Of a stretch of DNA of 64,000 nucleotides, positions 13,400 through 24,350 are shown piece after piece (the first letter of the stretch is position 1; the number at the start of each line of letters is the position of its first letter). Under the pieces are notes generated by a model. The model had not been told where the DNA came from. It did not search any database and saw only the letters and a program-made list of their open reading frames with translations. The stretch is taken from the NCBI RefSeq assembly GCF_030684315.1, contig NC_081366.1, positions 18,047,410 to 18,111,409 of the forward strand. The letters run 5' to 3'. The position numbers and the translations under genes were made by a program. Source of the stretch: Stegostoma tigrinum (lineage: Eukaryota).

Positions 13400-14050
13400 A
13401 ACATGTTACATGTTGATAAGTAGCACGACCATAGAAAATATCCCAGTTGAACTGACAAGCGTCAAGTTATGTATGCATGACTGAAGTGCCAGGCAATGAT
13501 CGTCTTCAATAAGAGAGAATCTAACAATCTTCCTTTTACATTTAATGGTATCACCATCACTGAACCCCTCATTGTCAAAATTTTTGGAGTTTAGTGTGGG
13601 CCAGAAAGTGAACTGGATCAGCCAGATAAATGGCTGGAAGAAAATCAGTGACCAGGAGTTCTCTGGCTTCATCACCTGCCTTGCGAAAGCCTATCTACCA
13701 TCTAGAAGGCAGGAGTGCGATGGAATACTCTTAACTTGCCCACCAGCACAGCTCCAACAATATGAAAGAAGCTTGACGCCATCCTGCACAAAGCACGGGC
13801 TAGACTGGCAACCAATCCATCATCTTCAACATTCATTCCCTCCACTATTATCACCTAGTGGCAGCTCTGCAAATCAGCCACAAGGCACATTGTAGCAAGT
13901 CATCAAATTCAACAGCGACTCCCTAACGCACGATTTCTACAATCACGAACAAGAGAGAGTAGATGCATGTAATCACCACAACTGCAAGTTCCTCTTCAAG
14001 CCACACACCATCCTGTTTGGAACTATAAACTATAAAGTTCTTCCACAGAA
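13400..14050 (+). mobile_element. Degenerate LINE (second CR1-like family)
   Basis: Homologous to 37660-38095 (aagcttgac.ccatc...aaagca, ccactgcaagttcc). Confidence 0.55.
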
Positions 14051-14188
14051 TATTCACTGAGATTTCCATGGGCATCTGAATTTTGTGAATAGAATTAACA
14101 GTCACTGGGATCTCGCAAGGAATCAATGACTTCAGCATGGAAGAACAGTTGAAAGGCAATAGAAGTAATTAAAAAAGAGAACTTGTAC

Positions 14189-14265
14189 CTTCTTTTTCTT
14201 TAGGTCGCGGAGAGCTGCAATATCATCTGGGGCATCAGATGGAACACTGGTGACGATACCAGTGC
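14189..14265 (-). CDS. LARS1: LARS1 exon 12
   Basis: [26 protein letters not shown]. Confidence 0.96.
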
Positions 14266-14388
14266 CTGTGGAGTAGGTGAAAAAAAAATTCAACAATAAA
14301 ATGAAAGCAATCTCTTCTGATTGCTCTCGCTGCTTAAACCTACATTTAAACATTTACAGACCAAGTCCAGGCACAAGATATGAAATAC

Positions 14389-14476
14389 CTTTGTCTTCTT
14401 TAATGGTGAGCATGGGGAGAGCATAAATAATCTTGTAGGATGTCAAGGGAGCACTCAGTGAAACACCAAGGATGTC
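14389..14476 (-). CDS. LARS1: LARS1 exon 11
   Basis: [29 protein letters not shown]. Confidence 0.95.
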
Positions 14477-14632
14477 CTAATTTTAAAAAATAAAATCGAG
14501 AATGATGCAAAAATTTAAATAATAAAAATGAAATAAACAGGCCATTTCTCTTGCTTAGATTCAAAGTGAGAATGCAGAAGGTGACATTTAATTCAGAACC
14601 CATACAACAGTTTATGGTTAAGAAGAACTTAC

Positions 14633-14858
14633 CTCGCCAATAACTGTCAGAACCAGAGGTACTTCTCCATTCTCTTTGGTAAAACCCTGGAAGGACATGT
14701 TCCTTGCTGCTCGCTTTGTACAGATGAAAATGTCCCCATTTACTGTTTCAAAGGCAACATAATTCATGTCTGGGCGGACCCAGCAGTTAGTTTGACCAAA
14801 CATGGTCTCTGGTCTCAGCGTGGCTGCCACCAAATAAATGTTTCTTCCCTTAAAGCCA
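14633..14858 (-). CDS. LARS1: LARS1 exon 10 (CP1 editing domain)
   Basis: [30 protein letters not shown]...TVIGE. Confidence 0.97.
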
Positions 14859-15306
14859 CTGGAAGAAAGAGAACAGGGCTGATTACAGTGGACTACAACT
14901 CTTCTGCCATGTATAAAACCCTCTCCAATTGTATATTTCAGATGAATTTCATACCATGTCCTTTACCTGTCATTTTAAAATAGAGGCAGAAATATGACTA
15001 CATTCTGGTGTGCTTCATAAAAATAGGAGTTGATATTCTTTCCATGATGTAACTATATGTCCTTTACAGAATACTCACAGATTTAAAAAGGTACAATTCT
15101 TAATTTTTCCATCTGTAAGAAAATGCAAGGGGAAAGTGGTACAATGTAATGAGGTTTATGCATGTCAGACTCCATCACTATTGTTGGGGAACTTTATAAA
15201 TGGGGAACTGTAGGTCAGCATTGACCACATTCATTTTAAGTTTTTGTGAAGGTATTGATAAAAGGAAATTTTCACCTACTGGCAGATATTCAGCACTATA
15301 TAACAC

Positions 15307-15499
15307 AGACAGAAGTCACACAATACCAGGTTATATTCCAACAGGTTTATTTGAAATCACAACCTTTTGCAGCGCTAGTCCTTCATCAGGTGAACTGCTC
15401 AAAAAGTTTGTGATTTCAAATAAACCTGCTGGGCTATCACCTGGTGTTGTCTGACTTCTGACTTCCACCCCATTCCAACACTGGCACTTCCACATCATG
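15307..15499. mobile_element. Mini palindromic element, third family, with hammerhead remnant
   Basis: Arms agaagtcacacaataccagg..caggtttatttgaaatcacaa and ttgtgatttcaaataaacctg..cctggtgttgtctgacttct, plus a 3' tail; minus strand CTGATGAAGGACTAGCGCTGCAAAAGG. Confidence 0.7.
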
Positions 15500-15894
15500 A
15501 CTAAATAAAACTTCTGCATTTGTAGTAGAAAAGATTTCCATTTAGATAATGCCTTTCACAGCCACAGGACTTCTCAAATGCTTTACAGCCAGAAGTACTT
15601 CAAGTGTAGCCACCACTGCAGCACAAAAAAAACAAACTAAACTCTCCCAAACATTCATGTAACATAGAGGAAGAACTTTGTCACTCAGAGCTAACTGTAC
15701 TACCAACTGAACTACAGATGACAACCAAAATCTACATATAGGTCCTTAAATTAAGTGCACAGATCTGTAATCAAACAACTTTAGAGCAATTCAACAACAA
15801 CAAAAAAAAAAACCCTCTTTCCTTCATTGCTTAAAAGGATGATGATTTGGAGACATGACCTACTGTATTGGTCAGTGGCACTCTATAGCTGCCC

Positions 15895-17057
15895 TAAGGT
15901 GCGGGTGCATAGTTCCTTGGATGTGGAGTTGCAGGTAGAAAGAGTGGTGAAGAAAGCGTTTGGCATGCCTGCCTTCATTGGTCAGTGCACCGAGTTAGTT
16001 CGGATATCATGTTGCATCTGTACAGGACATTAAACAGGAATACTACATTCAATTGTGATTGCCCTCTTATATGGAAAATGTTGTTAAACTTGAAGAAGTG
16101 TTTGAAAATTTTACAGGAAGTTAAAACCGAAAGAACTGCGGATGCTGTAAATCAGGAACAAAAGCAGAAGTTGCTGGAAAAGCTCAGAAGGTCTGGCTAA
16201 ACCTGTGAAGAAAAATCAGAGTTAACGCTTCGGGTCTGGTGACCTTTCCTCAGAGCTGATGGTAGCTAGGAAATTGTCGGTCCATATGCAGAAAAAAGGG
16301 AGAGGGGAGGGGTAAGGAGTAAATGATAGGATAGAGCCCAAAAAGAGAGAAGAGTAGCTGGACAGACAAAAGGAGTTGATCTGGCTAGGAGGGTAAATGG
16401 GGCCTGTTAGTGGCTAACAACGGGCACTGTGTAATGGTAGACTATGTGGTAACAAGGTCTGATGTGTGGGCTAGGGGGCTAGGACGCTAGGACATGGGAG
16501 AGTTTAGGCCCTAAAATTATTGAACTTGATACTGAGTTCAGGCGGCTGGAGGGTCCTCAAGTGGAAAATTAGGTGTTGTTCTTCCAGCTTGTGCTGAGCT
16601 TCGCTGGAACGCTACAGCAAGCCAGAGACAGATGTTGCCTGGGGAACAGGATGGTGTGTTAAAGCAAAAGATTTGCAAGGATGTTGCCAGGGTTGGAGGG
16701 TTTGAGTTATAGGGGAAGACTGAATAGGTAGGAACTTTTTATTCACAGGAGCAACAGAGTCTGAGTGGTGACCTAAACTAGAGGGCATAGGTTTAGGGTG
16801 AGAGGGGAAAAGATTTAAGAGGGTCCTGAGGGGCAAATTTTCGTGCAGAGACTCGTGTGTATGGAATGAGCTGCCAGAGGAAGTGGTACAGATGGATACA
16901 ATGACATCATTAAAACACATAATGGATGAGTACAATGAGCAGCAAGGATTTAGAGAGATAATGACCAAATGCTGGCAAATGGGACTAGATTAGGATATCT
17001 GGTCAGCATGGACGAATTGGACTGAAGGGTCTGTTTGCATTCTGTGTGACTCTATGC
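15895..17057 (+). mobile_element. CR1 3' fragment split by a nested PLE
   Basis: QVERVVKKAFGMPAFI remnant; 3' end gggtctgttt...gactctatg. Confidence 0.75.
16098..16666 (-). mobile_element. Penelope-like 3' fragment (second family) nested in a CR1 LINE
   Basis: Terminus homologous to the 7363 element; hammerhead remnant at about 16222-16254; interrupts CR1 sequence. Confidence 0.75.
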
Positions 17058-17258
17058 CTCTAACTGCTTCCTGTGGTGTTGACTCTGATTTTAACTCCTT
17101 TACTGCCTTTCTTCAAACGAACATACAAGTATTCTGCTAATTACTTTTATTACTATTACAAAAACATCTGGTAGTGGCAATTTGGTTTGAGGTGAGAGGT
17201 TGCCTTTTGAGAGACTGAGGAGAACCATTTTGGACTGATTCATAAGCGATGCCTTTAC

Positions 17259-17326
17259 CTTAGTTTTGCTGGATATGGTTCAAGGATCTTCATTTTAATT
17301 AGTGTGTATTCTTGAGGACCTACACC
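17259..17326 (-). CDS. LARS1: LARS1 exon 9
   Basis: [22 protein letters not shown]. Confidence 0.96.
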
Positions 17327-17371
17327 CTGAAACAAAACCACACATAACATGAGGCAAGAGTAACAGATGAA

Positions 17372-19274
17372 GAGATAATGGGAACTGCAGATGCTGGAGA
17401 ATCCAAGATAACAAAGTGTGGAGCTGGATGAACACAGCAGGCCAAACAGCACCCGAGGAGCACAAAAGCTGACGTTTTAGGCCTAGAACCTTCTACAGAG
17501 ATGGGGATGCAGAGAGGGTTCTGAACTAAATAGGGAGAGGGGGGTGGTGGATCGAAGATGAATAGAGGAGAAGATAGGTGGAGAGGAGACAGACAAGTTA
17601 AAAGGGGCGGGGATGGAGTCTGTAGAGGTGAGTATAGGTCGGGGGGGGATGGACAGGTCAAGGGAGCGGGATGAGGTTAGGAGGAAGGGAATGGAGGTGT
17701 GGCTTGAGGTGGTGGCGGAGGGGGGAAAATAGGTGAGAGGAAGAACAGGTTAGGGAGGTGGGGACGAGCTGGACTGGTTTTGGGATGCAGTGGGTGGAGG
17801 GGAGATTTTGAAGCTTATGAAATCCACATAGGAACCCTGCAGCCCAGTGGTATCAAAGCGGAATACGAGTTGCTGTTCACGCAACCTTCAGGTGGCATCA
17901 CTGTGGCATGGCAGGAGGCCCAGGATGGACATGCCATCTAAGGAATGGGAGGGGGGAGTTGAAATGGTTCACGACTGGGAGGTGCAGTTGTTTATTGCGA
18001 ACCGAGCGGAGGTGTTCTGCGAAGCTGTCCCCAAGCCTTTGTTTGCTTTCCTCAATATAGATGAAGCCACAACAGGTACAGCGGATGCAGTATACCACAT
18101 TGGGAGATGTGCAGGTGAACATCTGCTTGATGTGGAAAGTCATCTTGGGGCCTGGGATGTGTGTGAGGGAGGAGGTGTAGGGACAAGTGTAGCACTTCCT
18201 GCGGTTGCAGGGGAATGTGTCTGGTGTGGTGGGGTTGGATGGGAGTGTGGAGCGGAGAAGGGAGTCCCGGAGAGAGTGGTCTTTCTGGAAGGTAGACAAG
18301 GGTGGGGATGGAAAGATGTCATTGGTGGTGGGGTCAGATTGTCGATGGCGGAAGTGTCTGAGGATGATGCTTTGTATCGGGAGGTTGGTGGGGTGGTATG
18401 TGAGGATGAGGGGGATTCTCTTTTGCCGGTTATTGCAGGGACGGGGTGTGAGGGACTTTCCCCTGCAACCACAGGAAGTGCTACACTTGCCCCCACACCA
18501 CCTCCCTCACACACATCCCAGGCACCAAGATGACTTTCCACATGAAGCAGATGTTCACCTGCATATCTGCCAATGTGGTATACTGCATCCGCTGTACCCG
18601 GTGTGGCTTCCGCTACACTGGGGAAACATAGCGGAGGCTTGGGGACCGCTTTGCAGAATACCTATGCTCGGTTCGCAACAAACAACTGCACCTCCCAGTC
18701 GCGAACCATTTCAACTCTCCCTCGCATTCCTTAGATGACATGTCCATTATGGGCCTCCTGCAGTGCCACAACGATGCCACCCGAAAGTTGCATGAACAGC
18801 AACTCGTATTCCGCCTGGGAACCCTGCAGCCCAATGGTATCAATGTGGATTTCACAAGCTTCAAAATCTCCCCTCCCCCCACTGCATCCCCAAACCAGCT
18901 CAGCTCATCCCTGCCTCCCTAACCCGTTCTTCCTCTCACCTATCCCCTCCTCCCAACTCAAGCCGCACCTCCATTCTCTTCCTCCTAACTTCATCCTGCC
19001 CCCTTGACCTGTCCGTCCTTCCCGGACTGTCCTATCCCCTCCCTACCTCCCCACCTATACAGGCTCCATCCCCGCCGCTTTAACTTGTCAGTCTCCTTGC
19101 CACCTATGTTCTCCTCTATCCACCTTCGATCCGCCTCCCACTCTCTCCCTACTTATTTCAGAACCCTCTCCCCATCCCCCTTTTCTGATGAAGGGTCTCG
19201 GACCGAAATGACAGCTTTTGTGCTCCTAAGATGCTGCTTGGCCTGCTGTGTTCATCCAGCTCCACACTTTGTTA
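17372..19274. mobile_element. Neptune-type Penelope-like element, inverted two-arm insertion (copy 1, degenerate)
   Basis: Left arm on minus to about 18452, right arm on plus from about 18455. Both carry Zn-linker CNRRKCYTC and GIY-YIG (VVYC..C..C...YI/YTG) remnants. 11-bp TSD TAACAGATGAA at 17361-17371 and 19275-19285. Confidence 0.9.
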
Positions 19275-19667
19275 TAACAGATGAAAACTTTATTTGGTTT
19301 AAAATAGCAGTTAGTTCCAGGAAGCAGAAGTTACACCAGTCACATTAAGTTTTATTCATATGAATTTCAATCGCACCAGAAGTTCAAATTTAGCAAATAT
19401 TTTTAAAAGAAGATCATGGGTAAAAGACAGAAGAAAATATTTGAAGCAATTACTTTTGATGAAGAATAGAAAGTTTTGGTCACATTCTTAGTAAAAAGTA
19501 GTCAGTATATATTTAGTACTGTATTATAGAATGCTATCACAAGTTACTTTTACCTGCAGAGTAGACCACTTGGTCTGTCGAACCTACTCTGCCAATGATC
19601 TGAGATAATAAAATGTGAGGCTGGATGAACACAGCAGGCCAAGCAGCATCTCAGGAGCACAAAAGCT

Positions 19668-19695
19668 GACGTTTCGGGCCTAGACCCTTCATCAG
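19668..19695 (-). ncRNA. Minimal type I hammerhead ribozyme motif (PLE-borne), sense to LARS1
   Basis: Minus strand CTGATGA-A-GGGT-CTAG-GCCC-GAAA-CG-TC: intact CUGANGA, GAAA and UH core. Confidence 0.75.
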
Positions 19696-19963
19696 AGAGG
19701 GGGATGGGGAGAGGGAACTGGAATAAATAGGGAGAGAGGGGGAGGCGGACCGAAGATGGAGAGTAAAGAAGATAGGTGGAGAGTGTATAGGTGGGGAGGT
19801 AGGGAGGGGATAGGTCAGTCTAGGGAAGACGGACAGGTCAAGGAGGTGGGATGAGGTTAGTAGGTAGCTGGGGGTGCGGCTTGGGGTGGGAGGACGGGAT
19901 GGGTGAGAGGAAGAACCGGTTAGGGAGGCAGAGACAGGTTGGACTGGTTTTGGGATGCAGTGG

Positions 19964-19970
19964 GTGGGGG

Positions 19971-20003
<33 letters not shown>

Positions 20004-20015
20004 GGGGGGGGGGGG
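19964..20015 (+). repeat. Near-pure poly-G run
   Basis: About 50 G with rare interruptions, inside the left arm of PLE copy 2. Confidence 0.9.
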
Positions 20016-21750
20016 AGCTGAGCTGGTTGTGTGGTGCAGTGGGGGAAAGGGACGAACTAGGCTGGTTTAGGGATGCAGTAGGGGAAGGGGAGATTTTGAA
20101 ACTGGTGAAGTCCACGTTGATACCATTAGGCTGCAGGGTTCCCAGGCGGAATATGAGTTGCTGTTCCTGCAACCTTCTGGTGGCATCATTGTGGCAGTGC
20201 AGGAGGCCCATGATGGACATGTCATCTAGAGAATGGGAGGGGGAGTGGAAATGGTTTGCGACTGGGAGGTGCAGTTGTTTGCTGCGAACTGAGCGGAGGT
20301 GTTCTGCAAAGCGGTCCCCAAGCCTCCGCTTGGTTTCCCCAATGTAGAGGAAGCCGCACCGGGTACAGTGGATGCAGTATACCACATTGGCAGATGTGCA
20401 GGTGAACCTCTGCTTAATGTGGAATGTCATCTTGGGGCCTGGGATAGGGGTGAGGGAGGAGGTGTGGGGACAAGTGTAGCATTTCCTGCGGTTGCAGGGG
20501 AAGGTGCCGGGTGTGGTGGGGTTGGAGGGCAGTGTGGAGCGAACAAGGGAGTCACGGAGAGAGTGGTCTCTCCGGAAAGCAGACAGGGGAGGGGATGGAA
20601 AAATGTCTTGGGTGGTGGGGGTCGGATTGTAAATGGCGGAAGTGTCGGAGGATGATGCGTTGTATCCGGAGGTTGGTAGGGTGGTGTGTGAGAACGAGGG
20701 GGATCCTCTTAGGGCGGTTGTGGCGGGGGCGGGGTGTGAGGGCTGTGTTGCGGGAAATACGGGAGACGCGGTCAAGGGCGTTCTCGATCACTGTGGGGGG
20801 AAAGTTGCGGTCCTTAAACAACTTGGACATCTGGGATGTGCGGGAGTGGAATGTCTTATCGTGGGAGCAGATGCGGCGGAGGCGGAGGAATTGGGAATAG
20901 GGGATGGAATTTTTGCAGGAGGGTGGGTGGGAGGAGGTGTCTTCGCTCCACACTGCCCTCCAACCCCACCACACCCGGCACCTTCCCCTGCAACCGCAGG
21001 AAATGCTACACTTGTCCCCACACCTCCTCCCTCACCCCTATCCCAGGCCCCAAGATGACATTCCACATTAAGCAGAGGTTCACCTGCACATCTGCCAATG
21101 TGGTATACTGCATCCACTGTACCCGGTGCGGCTTCCTCTACATTGGGGAAACCAAGCGGAGGCTTGGGGACCGCTTTGCAGAACACCTCCGCTCAGTTCG
21201 CAACAAACAACTGCACCTCCCAGTCGCAAACTATTTCCACTCCCCCTCCCATTCTCTAGATGACATGTCCATCATGGGCCTCCTGCACTGCCACAATTAT
21301 GCCACCCGAAGGTTGCAGGAACAGCAACTCATATTCCGCCTGGGAACCCTGCAGCCTAATGGTATCAATGTGGACTTCACCAGTTTCAAAATCTCCCCTT
21401 CCCCTACTGCATCCCTAAACCAGCCCAGTTCGTCCCCTCCCCCCACTGCACCACACAACCAGCCCAGCTCTCCCCCCACCACCCACTGCATCCCAAAACC
21501 AGTCCAACCTGTCTCTGCCTCCCTAACCGGTTCTTCCTCTCACCCATCCCTTCCTCCCACCCCAAGCCGCACCCCCAGCTACCTACTAACCTCATCCCAC
21601 CTCCTTGACCTGTCCGTCTTCCCTGGACTGACCTATCCCCTCCCTACCTCCCCACCTATACTCTCTCCACCTATCTTCTTTACTCTCCATCTTCGGTCCG
21701 CCTCCCCCTCTCTCCCTATTTACTCCAGTTCCCTCACCCCATCCCCCTCT

Positions 21751-21778
21751 CTGAAGAAGGGTCTAGGCCCGAAACGTC
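21751..21778 (+). ncRNA. Minimal type I hammerhead ribozyme motif (PLE-borne)
   Basis: CTGAAGA-A-GGGT-CTAG-GCCC-GAAA-CG-TC. Confidence 0.75.
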
Positions 21779-21894
21779 AGCTTTTGTGCTCCTGAGATGC
21801 TGCTTGGCCTGCTGTGTTCATCCAGCCTCACATTTTATTATCTTGGAATTCTCCAGCATCTGCAGTTCCCATTATCTCTGCCAATGATCTGATC

Positions 21895-22990
21895 TGATTA
21901 TTCCACATTCCCACATACTCCCAAAAACTTTTCACACTTTGCTCATCACGAATCTAGTCACTTCTGTCTTAAAAATATTCAAAGATTCAACTTTGCGGAA
22001 GTTCTAAAGACACTCCACACAAGGGAAACAAAAACAAAACATCCTCATCTTGCATGGGTAACTCTATACTTATAGACAATGACCTCTCATTCTTGTTTCA
22101 TCCACAAGAGAAATCATCTTTCCCACATGCATCCTGTCGAATCCTCTCAGTATTTTGTGTTTCAATTAAGTTAAACAAGGAGTGTCTTTGGAATTTGCTT
22201 CTTCAAAGTTGAATCTTTTAATATTTTTAAGATAGAAGTGACTAGATTCTTGACGAGCAAAGGGTGCATGTGGAATAATCAGATCAGTCATAATGCTGTT
22301 TATTGGCAGAGCAGGTTTGATGGACCAAGTGGCCTATTCCACGTGGACTCTCACTAGTTCCCTGCATAACCGAGTCTTGATCTTCCTACTTTTGTATTCA
22401 ATTCCCTTCACAACACATGGCATAATTCTGCTTGCTTTCTTAAGTGTTTGCGATTTCTGTATTCTAGCCTTTTGTAAATCCACACGAGGACACTCAGAGC
22501 CCTCTGTATTTCAGAACTCAGATTTCTCATCATTTAGGTAAATTGCATATTTTACTTTTCCTACCAAATTGGACAATTTCATATTTTGTCCCATTATACT
22601 CCATTTACCAGACTTTTGTCCACTCTTAATCTATTTAAACCCCTTTGCAGCTTCTTTATGCATCACAAATTTCTTTCTTACTTCTTTTTGTGAGATCAGC
22701 AAAATTTAGTTACCATACTTTTGGTGTCTGACCAGCTCCACATCTATTGACTCCAGCTTCTCGCATCTGCAATGCTTACTGTCTCCAAGCTGTTTAGCCA
22801 CAGCACATTAATTCCTCAAAAAACTCAAATAAGTTTGCGAAACATGATACTCCTTACACAAAGCCACGCTGACTCCACCTGATCACCATTAACTTGTCTG
22901 AAAGCCCTGTTATTACTTGTTAAATAATTGTTTCTAACATCTTCCCTATGACTGACATTAAGCTAACTGGCCTGCAGTTTCCTGCCTTCT
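21895..22990 (-). mobile_element. Old CR1 fragments
   Basis: Patchy similarity to CR1 RT and 3' region. Confidence 0.5.
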
Positions 22991-23192
22991 GATATCCTGC
23001 CTCATTGAATTAGTTAGCTCCAACAGTATGTTTTTGGTCGAAAATGGTAACTTTAACAAAATTATTTCCAAAAAGTGTTTCTTAACAGCTCACTGGGTCA
23101 AAGACTGACCGGCTGGGAGATGTCATGGAATTATGCCTCCATTAACAGCCATATACATGGTGATAATTGTCGTTTAATTGTTGTTTAAAAAA

Positions 23193-23480
23193 GATTCATA
23201 CAAAGGATGCAGGCATCACTGACTACGCCAGAACTCATTGCCCATCCCTAATTGCCTGGAGGGCAGTTAGGAATCAATGGCATTGCTGTGGGTCTACAGT
23301 CACAGTCAGCTAGACCAAGTAAGGATGGCAGTGAATCAAATGGCTTTTTCCTGACAATCGACAAGGTTTCCTTCGTCGTCATTAGACTCTTAATTCCATA
23401 TCATTTTATTGAATTCAAATTCCACCAGAAGCCTCAGAATTAATAGTCTAATGATAATTCCACTGGGTCATTGCCCTCCT
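23193..23480 (-). mobile_element. SacSINE1-like SINE
   Basis: Reverse complement of the 44224 family. Confidence 0.65.
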
Positions 23481-24200
23481 CTGGATTAGACACAAAGAAG
23501 AACTGCAATTAGCTTTGGTGCATGATATTAGAGCTATTGAGGATAAGTAGACCATAATTCATGCAGTTGGACAAATTTGGGGTCAGGAATAAGACCATGT
23601 GCAGCCTTTGTCGGAATTAGTAGCCATTCAGAGCTGTCATGGCTTGTGGCAGATGGGAAATTCTGTAATGAGCGATCAGTCAGCCACCAAATACACGGAT
23701 CTTGTGTTTATGTTCAATTTTAGAATTAGCCTCAGTGCAGAGTTGAATATATTATTTTCTATACTACAAAAATCAAATAAGTATGTATCATTACTAGTCA
23801 CTGATCTGTTAACTGCCTGTAATAAATACTGGTCTAAAGCATGGTCTAACAACATAATGTTTCTCCCCTTCAAAGCTGGGAAATCAAGGTGATGCACGAC
23901 ATATCCAGTAAAATAAACTAAACTTGCAGCAAGGCTGTCAAATATAATCCTGCAAACAATAAAATGGTATCAATTATTGTGTAAGCAAATGTACAGCCTT
24001 GAGGCCTCCTTCATAGCAGTAATCTGTAACACCGAAACAAAGGAAACTAATGTAAAAATAGCAAATATCTGAAGTATAGTGCAATCTTTTCTGCACTGAT
24101 ACATCCTTAAATTATTTCACCCAACTGCTCCAAGCAAAAATGGTATATTACAGTAGTTTAGGCCAGCAGTGCCTCCCAAAGGTCATATGTTTTTCCTTTA

Positions 24201-24350
<150 letters not shown>

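Larger units (their letters stand above)
19604..21875. mobile_element. Neptune-type Penelope-like element, inverted two-arm insertion (copy 2, young)
   Basis: Left arm on minus (19604-20940) has RT thumb SSHPPSCKNSIPYSQFLRLRRICS, one frameshift, and GIY-YIG NVVYCIHCTRCGFLYIGETKRRLGDRFAEH. Right arm on plus (20941-21875). Flanking direct repeat CTCTGCCAATGATCTGA at 19587-19603 and 21876-21892. Confidence 0.93.

Noticed and set aside
17847-21595. Long Gly/Val/Arg-rich ORFs (e.g. 17847-18533, 20299-20655, 20633-21058)
   Set aside because: Antisense or off-frame readings of the GC-rich PLE arms; they appear twice because of the inverted repeat.
20836-21795. 319-aa GIY-YIG ORF as an autonomous or domesticated nuclease gene
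   Set aside because: Its N-terminus is antisense sequence across the inversion junction, the start is non-ATG, and no RT core is present.
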